DNA from: Desulfarculia bacterium
GTDB taxonomy: Bacteria; Desulfobacterota; Desulfarculia; Adiutricales; JAGVGV01
Length of the DNA: 64,000 nt
Assembly: GCA_963662445.1 (NCBI GenBank)
Contig: OY759590.1
Coordinates: forward strand, 4,232,727 to 4,296,726
Direction of reading: 5' to 3'
Position 1 is the first letter of the stretch; each line of letters begins with the position of its first letter. The translations under genes were made by a program, and so were the position numbers. Below the pieces are notes generated by a model, which made no database searches, was not told the DNA's origin, and saw only the letters and a list, made by a program, of their open reading frames with translations. Positions 18,660 to 27,400 of this stretch are shown here, piece after piece.

Positions 18660-20056
18660 ATGACCCCCAGTACCCTAAGTTGACTGATCCGCATGTCGGC
18701 TCGCAGAAGGTCCGGGTCGCTCCGGCCCAAAGCATTCTCGAGCGCGGCCCGCAGTTGGCGGCCGCGACCGGAGTCCTGCTGCCGCGACTCGACCAATGCA
18801 AGATACTCGTCGAGTAGTTGAACCGTTTCGATCTGCTGCGGCCTGGAATGAGCTGCGAATACCTCCTGTAGCACACGCGAGCTTTCAGCCCCGAAAGTGC
18901 CCACATCGGCTGGCATCTGCTCTATGGCATGGTCCGAGCCAAGCAGATGGATGTTTTCGCGTCGCACGGTGGTCAAAACCTCAGGGCTGTGGGTGGCGGC
19001 GATGATTTGCGTGTTCGGGAATGCCGCACGCAGATTCGGAATGACGGTCTGTTGCCACTTCGGATGTAGATGCAGCTCAATCTCGTCGATGAGCAGAATA
19101 CCAGGCGATTCAAGCGGATTCGGCCAATTCGGATGCGCCTGCGCTAATCGGCGGGCGAAGTCCAGAACAAGAGCCAGTAGATTGCGATAACCGTCGCTCA
19201 GTTGGATCAATTCAAGCGTCTCGTCCGCCCGCCCGATCCGGTCGAAAGCGACTTTCAGACTCGGCGGGTTATCGTCAAAATAGATTCGCTTCACGCCCTC
19301 AATCGTTTTCAGTAATGCGGCGCGAGCGGCCTTCAAGTCCTGGAATTGAAAGTCCGGATCACTTCGCACCTGCATTTTCTCGCGCAGTTCGGCGTTTTCC
19401 CTAAGGTAGAACCACTGGCACATAGCCTGGTAGTTGGCCCCCGCATCCAGGGCTTGGTGATAAGCACCTTGGCGGGAAAGTTCAAGTTCGAAGACATTAC
19501 CCATCTTCGGCATTTCGTTTAGACGCCTGCTTGCGCGGTAATAGGCAACTACTGGAAGCGGGATTAATGCGGAAGAGTCGCTTTTTCGAATTTCCTGCCA
19601 TAAGGAGGCGAAATACTGGTAGATCGAGGACAGATTTCCGGACTGGCTTGTTTCGTAGCTGAATTTGTCCGGAGGTAGATACTTGATGTGATCCGTCCAT
19701 TCCAAAAACGCCGTTTCACCCGTCGGTGTCTTGTTGGGGAAACCCAGAATTTCATAGAAATCTTTCGCCGCGGCCTTGAACTGGACAAAATCCTTTCTGC
19801 CTGCGGCAGCGCTTTCCGAACCGGGCGTGATGTGGATGTCGGAGGGCTGAAGGGTCACCTTCTGCCATCCGCGCTGACGCTTGCCGCTGCCACCATTAGC
19901 CGCGACAACATCGTAGAGGGCGGTGGCAATTGCATCCAGGATCGTGGTTTTCCCTGCGCCGTTTACACCTACCACGATATTAATGTCCGGGCGAAATTCG
20001 ATGGCAAACGACTCGAAGCAGCGAAAGTTGGTTATTTCGATCTTGGAGAGTTTCAT
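18656..20056 (-). CDS. ptuA: AAA_15/ABC-type ATPase, Septu PtuA-like
   Basis: MKLSKIEITNFRCF, Walker A GVNGAGKTTILDAI, LLIDEIELHLHPKWQ and ATHSP. AAGGAG RBS upstream. Confidence 0.65.
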   Translation of the reverse strand: MKLSKIEITNFRCFESFAIEFRPDINIVVGVNGAGKTTILDAIATALYDVVAANGGSGKRQRGWQKVTLQPSDIHITPGSESAAAGRKDFVQFKAAAKDFYEILGFPNKTPTGETAFLEWTDHIKYLPPDKFSYETSQSGNLSSIYQYFASLWQEIRKSDSSALIPLPVVAYYRASRRLNEMPKMGNVFELELSRQGAYHQALDAGANYQAMCQWFYLRENAELREKMQVRSDPDFQFQDLKAARAALLKTIEGVKRIYFDDNPPSLKVAFDRIGRADETLELIQLSDGYRNLLALVLDFARRLAQAHPNWPNPLESPGILLIDEIELHLHPKWQQTVIPNLRAAFPNTQIIAATHSPEVLTTVRRENIHLLGSDHAIEQMPADVGTFGAESSRVLQEVFAAHSRPQQIETVQLLDEYLALVESRQQDSGRGRQLRAALENALGRSDPDLLRADMRISQLRVLGVI

Positions 20057-20069
20057 AAATAAATCTCCT

Positions 20070-20705
20070 TCATGCCAATAGTCTCCTGATCCAGTTCACG
20101 AAGGCGGCTGCCTGTGGATGGTTGGGGTCGAGATACTTTTTCTTGAAAGTCTCGCCCATCCTCGTGCCCGGCTCCTCCTGCCAAGCCAGCCAGGTGTGAA
20201 CATGGGCCTTGACTAGATAGGTTTCCTTGAATCGCCTGTCCGCCTTGGGAATGCTGTTCACGTCGGCCTGGGCCTTCGGCCACAGCGTGTCACCCTCGGC
20301 AATCAGCTTGCCGACAAAATCCTCCAGCGCCCCAGCGCTCTTGTTGTCAGGCATCACCCAGATGCCGATTTTTTTGCCGTCGGTCGTTTCGATGACAGTA
20401 CCCCCAGTACTCGGTGCTGCTGGAACCGAGCGGCATCCGTGCTCGTCCAGTATTCTCGTCACGCGCGCCCATTGGCTGGCAACGTTTGTGTCGGCATCGA
20501 GGATTATTCCGAGGCTGCCGAGATCGGTCGCTTTCAATTCCTCGCTCAACGTGCCGATCAGGTTATCTATGCCTTCTTTGACCTTGTAGTCATTCTTCCC
20601 GAATTGGTCGCATAGAGGTTTACCTTCATGCTTGTGATTGAACAAGAGATTCCTCACGACATGCATATCATCAGGGCCTTCGAATAGGAGCCGGTTGACC
20701 ATCAT
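20070..20705 (-). CDS. Small Toprim-like protein (RloB/AbiLii, DUF4276/DUF3226 or AriB-like class), partner of the upstream ATPase
   Basis: LLFEGPDDMHVV (hydrophobic-EG-acidic) and GIILDADTN (DxD). 211 aa; ATGA overlap with the upstream gene. Confidence 0.45.
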   Translation of the reverse strand: MMVNRLLFEGPDDMHVVRNLLFNHKHEGKPLCDQFGKNDYKVKEGIDNLIGTLSEELKATDLGSLGIILDADTNVASQWARVTRILDEHGCRSVPAAPSTGGTVIETTDGKKIGIWVMPDNKSAGALEDFVGKLIAEGDTLWPKAQADVNSIPKADRRFKETYLVKAHVHTWLAWQEEPGTRMGETFKKKYLDPNHPQAAAFVNWIRRLLA

Positions 20706-21856
20706 CGGATTTCAATCGCCTCCTTCACGATGACCGCCAGCCTCTCCTCGTCGAAGATCTCGGCGCTGAACTCGCTGTTCTTTTTCTCGATCCGAACTGC
20801 AACGCCGTCCACGTCCGGGTCGCCTTTTGTACCCATCTGGAAGGCTTTCAGGCAGTCGTTGCTGTGCGTGGTGGCGAAGACCTGGACTTCAAGCCGCTTG
20901 GCAACCTTCACAACGAACTTCCAGACCTCTGGAAGCACCGACCAGTGAATGCCATTCTCGATTTCATCCATGAGCAGGATACCACCCTTCGCGCCCGCCA
21001 AGGCAATACCGAGCCCAAAGAGGCGATTCATGCCGTCGCCCATGGTCTTGATCGGGACCGGGCCTTCACGGTCCTTGACGCGCAGGCGAAGCGACGAGAC
21101 GCGCTCGTGGGGATGCAGAAGGGCGAAGTCTTCCGTCTCCGGCGCGATGATCCGCATCGCGTCAATGACATCCTTCTTGGCGTCAGTCAGGACAACCTTC
21201 TCCCAGAGGCTCTGCAACCCCGCATCGTCGAGGCCACCCGGACCGACATGAACGCACGGCGTTGCGAGATCACGATGGGACCGGGTCTGTAGATTCCAGC
21301 GGCGGCAGAGGTCGTCATAAGCCTCATCCAGACGCAGCACCCTCCGCATCGAGCCAAACTTTATTACAAGTGCCGGGATAGGGCCTTCGCCGTCCGTCGC
21401 CTCGGGCGGCCCGACCTCCACGTATTGCTGGTTAGGTTGCACGCCGCCGCCGTACCCGCTGCCGTCTCCGAATCCACCGGAGGCATCCATGTCACTGGTC
21501 TTGCGAAGCCAAGTGATAGACAGAGATAGGGCGCTGTCCGGCGCACCGACACGGCCGATCTGGATGGATTCCTTGATACGTTCAAGGGCCGGATGCCCAT
21601 GAAACAGGCTCCAAACCGTCGGATCGACGGTATTGCCGTGATGCACCTCGCCGGGCTCGTCCCGGCCGTCCAGAATCCACTGAATGGTCTGAGGCGAACC
21701 GAGGTTGGCATGCAGGCACAATGCTTCGATCAGCGTGGACTTGCCTACGTTGTTCTTACCCAGGAACAGATTGATGTGGCCGAGTTGGTCAATCTGGATG
21801 TAGTTGAACGCACGGAACTGGCGTATTTCGAGGCTGTCGAAGAGCGGTGTGGTCAT
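20702..21856 (-). CDS. AAA_21/ABC-type ATPase (RloA/AbiLi/AriA-like)
   Basis: Start moved to MTTPLFDSLEIRQFRAF (ATG 21856, ATGA overlap). Walker A GKNNVGKSTLIEAL, ILLMDEIENGIHWSV and ATTHSNDC. Confidence 0.6.
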   Translation of the reverse strand: MTTPLFDSLEIRQFRAFNYIQIDQLGHINLFLGKNNVGKSTLIEALCLHANLGSPQTIQWILDGRDEPGEVHHGNTVDPTVWSLFHGHPALERIKESIQIGRVGAPDSALSLSITWLRKTSDMDASGGFGDGSGYGGGVQPNQQYVEVGPPEATDGEGPIPALVIKFGSMRRVLRLDEAYDDLCRRWNLQTRSHRDLATPCVHVGPGGLDDAGLQSLWEKVVLTDAKKDVIDAMRIIAPETEDFALLHPHERVSSLRLRVKDREGPVPIKTMGDGMNRLFGLGIALAGAKGGILLMDEIENGIHWSVLPEVWKFVVKVAKRLEVQVFATTHSNDCLKAFQMGTKGDPDVDGVAVRIEKKNSEFSAEIFDEERLAVIVKEAIEIR

Positions 21857-24411
21857 CAGGTCGTCCTCCCCACAAATGCGGTTCGCCAATCCCGTAATGC
21901 CTCCAAGTCCGCTTTCAGTTCATCGGGCGTGGGAGGGGCAACCGGAGCTTCATTCGGCTGCGAGTGTTCATAGCGGGAATACTTAGTCATCATGTCGTCG
22001 AAAAACTTGCAGTCCGCTGCCGTGATGCGTGCCAGCTTGTCCAGCTTGCCCTGGGTATTCACTGCGCGCCGGAAGCGCTGAACAACATCCGCCAACAGTT
22101 CGCACTCGATCATGCGCTCGAGCAGAATCCGGAAATCGCTGCATATGGCTTTCGCAAGCGGCGCATAAGCGGTCTGGCCCCCTTCGTCATGTGCCTTTCG
22201 GGCCTTCGCCAAGTTCTCGTTCAGAAGAGCGTTGAGCGCCTTGTCCGGTTTCTTCGCAAATAGCGGTGTGTCGCCCGGTTCACCAGTGCCCCAAGGCTCG
22301 CATCTGACGCAGGTAACCTTGGGCTCGCGGCCTTCGCGCTTGCCGTACTCCTGAAGCAGGACCAGTAAAGACACGCGATGCGTGAATACGATCACCTGTC
22401 GATCCGAAGCCAGGCGCACCAGTCGTTGCACCACGGCCTCCTCGAAATCCTGGTCCAATGAAGAGATGGGATCGTCAAACACGAATGGTGCGGGTTGCAG
22501 CTTTCCCGTCACGTCCGCAAGGAAGGCCGCCAGGGACACAACCCGATGTTCGCCTTCGCTCAGCACATCACGCGGTGCACCGGATCGGGCTTTCGCCAAC
22601 CTCAGTTCGTGAAGAACCCGGCCATGTTCCACCCGCTTCTTGACCAGCTCCACCTTGACCCGTGAAGCCCCGAGGGCTGCCAGTTCGTCACGGAAGCGTT
22701 TCACGAACGCCTCCGTGATCAATGCCTCAGCGATCTCGCCTTTTTTGCGGGAAAGCCCGCGTGTGTCTGTCAGCCGCTTTGCCTTATCCAAGCGTTCAAC
22801 GGCCTGAAGCCTTTCGATCTCCACCTTGACGGCATCGCGCTGTTCGGAGAGCCACTTCCTCGCTTTGAGTTCGAGCAGTTGGCTCTGAAGTTGCGGCCGC
22901 GTATTAGACGCCGCGTCTTCCTGGCATTTCTTCGCATCATCGGCGTATACAGACGCCAGTTTCTTTGTCTCTTGCAGCCAGGCTGCGCAATCAGGGACCT
23001 GAGGCAACTCATCGACGGCCTCGACCTCCAACAGATTTTCCTTCCGCTGCCGAAGCGCATCTACGGATCTGACTATCGGAGGCATGGTCCCCTGGTAAGT
23101 CAATCCTCCTGCGTCGCATTGCGTCTTGATTGCCTTGCCGGTCGGGATGTCCCCGAGAGCGGTCATCGCATCTTCCAGGGCCTTCTCCGCCGCCTTCGCG
23201 TCATTCTCGGCCTGCCCTTTCACGAACTCCTCGAAGGATGCGAGGCGTTGCCGGGCATCATCTGACAAAGTTTGATGGCAGAGAACGCATCTGGCCTCCG
23301 CATCAAGATACGGGAATACTTGACCACGGTAGGCTTGGTCTTCAGAGTATCGCCGAGCGTGTTCCCACAGCAGTTTCCATGCGTCCGTTCCGATGCCATC
23401 CAAAGGAGCGCCGGAAAATACTTTGGTGGCCGCAGCCTGTGCGGCCTCACGCTTGATGAGCTTGTCCTTCTTGAGCTTCAGAATGCGGCGGCAGTTCTCA
23501 TCGGTGAGCTTTAGAAGATGGTCTTCAATCCCCTGGACCATTTCCTCCACATGCTTCTTCTTCGCAAGCAGCTCCCTGGCCCGGTCGGCAGGGGCCTTCT
23601 CGGCAAGACGCTTCTCCAAATCGGAAATGGTTCCATCGTCCACGGCGTCCCATTTCGTGTTTGATGCTACATCCTCAGGGGAAGTCATGGCGGTCAGAGA
23701 CAAGTACCATTTGCCAGCCGCTGTGTCGGCGTATTCCGAAGGCATCTGAGGCTTTTTCGATAAGCACCTTCCCAACTTGCCGTCAATTCGCCGCGCAACC
23801 AGTTCGCAAACAGCGATCAGATCGGAGAAGAACAGCAGTGCCGGTGGTTCATAGGTGACCTCGCTTTCGCTCTCCAAATACATGCGGCCACAATCGGCGT
23901 CGAAGATATCCACGGGACGAAGGTCAGCCTGAACCCCGTCGCCGGTGCTCCAGGACACCTGGCGTTCCTGATTATCGATGCTGTACTTGATCTCTGCGGA
24001 CTGTGTAGTCCCGTCGTCCGCAAAAACGTTCGGATGGAGCGCGCCAGGATTGCGCGCACCACAGACGTGCTTCAGGATGCGGACATAGCCGGACTTACCG
24101 GAGCCGTTGCCGCCGTAGACGACGGCCATGTTGTCCAGTCCAAAGTCCAGGGGGCTCCGAGGCGCGAGCGCGTTGATGCCATTTACGTTGCCGATAGTGC
24201 ACAAGCGCAATGCGGACGCACTTTGGGCAAGGAAAGCGTCTGCGGGGAAGGAAGCTCTATTTGCCGGGTCTCCTGAATCAACCTCCTGCAGGCACCTGTC
24301 GAGGAGGGCAACAATGTCCTCCTCTGTAAGACGACCTTTCGTAAGGAGAAGGCTGGCGGCTTCCTGCATCCACCTCGGTCGATCTTTGAACCAAGCGTTG
24401 AGGTCATTCAT
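21856..24411 (-). CDS. AAA_13-family ABC ATPase, PrrC/RloC-like
   Basis: Start moved to MNDLNAWF (ATG 24411, AAGGAG RBS, 8-nt overlap). Walker A YGGNGSGKSGYV, coiled-coil middle, LSEGEHRVVSLAAFLA and FVFDDPISSLD. The C-terminus has FRILLERMIE ... KYSRYEHSQ. Confidence 0.65.
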   Translation of the reverse strand: MNDLNAWFKDRPRWMQEAASLLLTKGRLTEEDIVALLDRCLQEVDSGDPANRASFPADAFLAQSASALRLCTIGNVNGINALAPRSPLDFGLDNMAVVYGGNGSGKSGYVRILKHVCGARNPGALHPNVFADDGTTQSAEIKYSIDNQERQVSWSTGDGVQADLRPVDIFDADCGRMYLESESEVTYEPPALLFFSDLIAVCELVARRIDGKLGRCLSKKPQMPSEYADTAAGKWYLSLTAMTSPEDVASNTKWDAVDDGTISDLEKRLAEKAPADRARELLAKKKHVEEMVQGIEDHLLKLTDENCRRILKLKKDKLIKREAAQAAATKVFSGAPLDGIGTDAWKLLWEHARRYSEDQAYRGQVFPYLDAEARCVLCHQTLSDDARQRLASFEEFVKGQAENDAKAAEKALEDAMTALGDIPTGKAIKTQCDAGGLTYQGTMPPIVRSVDALRQRKENLLEVEAVDELPQVPDCAAWLQETKKLASVYADDAKKCQEDAASNTRPQLQSQLLELKARKWLSEQRDAVKVEIERLQAVERLDKAKRLTDTRGLSRKKGEIAEALITEAFVKRFRDELAALGASRVKVELVKKRVEHGRVLHELRLAKARSGAPRDVLSEGEHRVVSLAAFLADVTGKLQPAPFVFDDPISSLDQDFEEAVVQRLVRLASDRQVIVFTHRVSLLVLLQEYGKREGREPKVTCVRCEPWGTGEPGDTPLFAKKPDKALNALLNENLAKARKAHDEGGQTAYAPLAKAICSDFRILLERMIECELLADVVQRFRRAVNTQGKLDKLARITAADCKFFDDMMTKYSRYEHSQPNEAPVAPPTPDELKADLEALRDWRTAFVGRTT

Positions 24412-27400
24412 CGGACTTCTCCTTCGCTCGGTCATGCTCATACACCAGCCGGTACTTCGCCGGGTACAGCGTCAGTTCGCCGCCGTCGCACATCTCGCGG
24501 AGGCGGCGGCCGGTGATCTCCAGCGGGGTATCGTCGGCGTCGACCAGCAGAAGCGTGTACTTGTCGGGGTGCTGATCGCAGAGTTTCCAGACATCCGCGT
24601 CGAGCTGGAGCGAGTCGCGCTGAATGCAGTGCTCTTTGTCCCAGTAGCACTGAAGCAGCTCGCCGCCGGCTGAGCGACGCTCCCATGGGAAGCTGTGGCC
24701 TCCGGAGACCTTTTCGATCCAACTGCCGTCGGTGTGATAGAAGCGGTCCGAGCCGTCCTTGGCGTAGCCGTTGGCCTTGGCAAAACGTTCCATCAGGCTC
24801 GGGGTGGCTGGCTTGAACTGATTGCGGCGTGCGGGCTCGCGTTTGTCTTCTTCGTCTAATTTGTCATCGTCCTGGTCTTCGTCGAGGTCACCGTCCTCGA
24901 ATGCCTCATCGACGTCCGGTTCGTCGGCGAACTCTGTGTCATGGTCGTCGCCCTCCGTCTGCCGGGTTGCATCGGCGTCTGTCTGGTCGGCTGATGTGGC
25001 TTCTTCGTCATTGGTGAGTTCGCCCTGCTCCCCAGTTTTGTCGGCCTGCTTGCTCGTGCCGCGGATCGGGCCGACTTGCTCTCTTGGCAGGAGCGTGAAA
25101 TTCTCCTCGAGGTACTCCAACACGAACTCCGGCGGACGGTCGTAGCAGAGCTTGATGGCGTCGGTGATCTCCGGCTTATTGAAGACGCGGCCGAGTTCCT
25201 GGGCGACCGCCTTGGCCATCTTCGCGGCGGAGCGGTCCTCGACGTAGAGCAGAGAGTCTTTCCAAAGCACGTCAATTCGGCGAGGCGTACCGGCGGGCGT
25301 GCCGTCGATGTACGGGACGGTCTGAAGCCCTGAGGCAACCTGCCAGCCGGTCCCGGTCAGACGGTCGGCCAGCTCGCGGACCCGTCGGGTTTCGTCCTGG
25401 TCGTCAAGGGCGATGCGGCGCAGGCCAGCGCCAAGTGCGTTCAGCCAGGGCATCTTCTGCGGGTCGGGCAGGCCGTAGAGTTGATCTTCGAACCGGTCTT
25501 CTAAGCTCTGGGCCAATGGCCGTAGCGCGGAGAATGGGTGCTGTTCCCACACGTCAGCCGAGAGCTTTTGGAGGTCAGCGGTCTTCTGCTTGATCGGCTT
25601 GAAAAGGTGCTTCCAGGCCACGAGCGACTGCATCGTCAGCGAGTAGACGAGATCTCCGGTGGGTGTCCACTCTCCTTCTATGTTCAGCCAATGGCCGCAC
25701 TCTCTCCAGATACGCTCGGGGTAGCGAGGCAGCAACGAACGCACGCGCCGTACTTCGTCGGCCGTGAGGCCCTGGCCGGACGCAAGGCCGGCGAGCCACT
25801 TGATGGATAGGTCGGCCGTGGGACGATCCGCGACGCCGACCTTGTGCCAAAGCGTGAGGGGCCGTACTGAGGGATGAACCAGGGCTGCATCGGGCACGTC
25901 TTCCTCATCCGCCGCGAGGAACACTTCGGCGGCAGTGCCCCAACCGTTGCCTTCGGTGAGGATGATCTTTTCGTCTGCAAAGGCATCCTTGACCTCCTCG
26001 AACTCGTCGGTCGAGCACTTGTTAACCAACTGGTCGAGGCGGTGGTACCACTTCTCCACCTCGTAGACCGGAGGATTATCCACCGTGGCCAGTGCACGGA
26101 GTCGATCCAACAAGCGGTCAGGTCCGGTCGGCGTGTCTCGGACGCCGAGCATGATCAACAACGGACGCGTGGCTTCGGTGTCGAACGCGGCCCGGACGAA
26201 GGGCTCAACGTCCAGCAGAGGTTCGGTGGCCGGCGTGCGGCAAAGCAGTTTTGCGGGCTGCCGATAATGGCCCCGTGTGTCCTGCAGACAAGGCAAATCG
26301 CTAAACTTGATGACCCAAGACGGCAACAGTTCTTCATGTGTTACTAATTGCTTATATTTATTGCCGTTCTGCCATACCTTTGCCGAGAGCGATTTTGCCC
26401 AGTATTCCTTTGATTGGGCCAGGACACGTGCAAAAATACGCCCCCAGACTTCTGTGTCTTGTTCGGCAGATTCCTGCCAAAAACGCCAGTGGTCCTCGTC
26501 AAAATCCCAATCTTCGATTGTAAAATTCCCGCTTTTGTAAGGAAAATGAGGAGCACCTTTAATCCCTCGTTCTTCCAGTAACTTCACAATCTTATTGCGG
26601 TTCCATTCCCAACGCTCAGATTGAACCAAAGGCACAAAGGTCAGAAGTCCGCTTCGCCCCGATGCCACCCATTGCCGCCAGTCTTCTCCGGTGCAAGACA
26701 AAAGAACACGATAGTCCTCGTGTAGAACGTGGCTTTCGTACCATTGATCGGGAACGAATGCTTCAAGGTCATTGTGTGTATCGTAAACAATACGTTCGCT
26801 GACTGGCCTGCGATAACCATCACGGGTTACGAACTGAAAGCTCTCCGCTACCGAAGCTCCCAAAGTTGCAGCCAGTTGTACCAACCGAATGCAGTCTTCT
26901 ATATCGCATTCTTGCTCACTGAAAAACTTCTCAGCGGCTTGCTGGATCACCTGACTCACGTCGCTGGCCTGTCCAAGGCTCACAGCGTCGAAGACCTTGT
27001 AGGCGAATTCAACTTGCCGCCCAAGATCATCGTCCTTGTCCTGCTCGGCCCTTCGGCGCTGTTCAGCCAGGAATCGCGGCCAGTTCTGATTGAGCACAAG
27101 CAGGCACGCCGCCAGGAACTCCCAATCCTCCTGAGACTGGAGCAGTTTCTTCTCTCCCAGGCGCACGATTTCGTTGGCGGCATACAGAACATCCTTGCCG
27201 TGGACCGGAAGTATGCGAACAGCCTTATGATTTCGATTGTAGTGACAACCGACAACATCTTCCGCGACGTAGGTCCACAGCAGCAGGAGCTGCGCCCAGG
27301 AATCCGGTTTTGGCAGGTGCTTCGATTTGAGTGTGGTCAGCACATCGTCCTTGCTGATTTGGTCTATGCTGTTCCAGTTGAACAGCTTCTTTCGGTTCTC

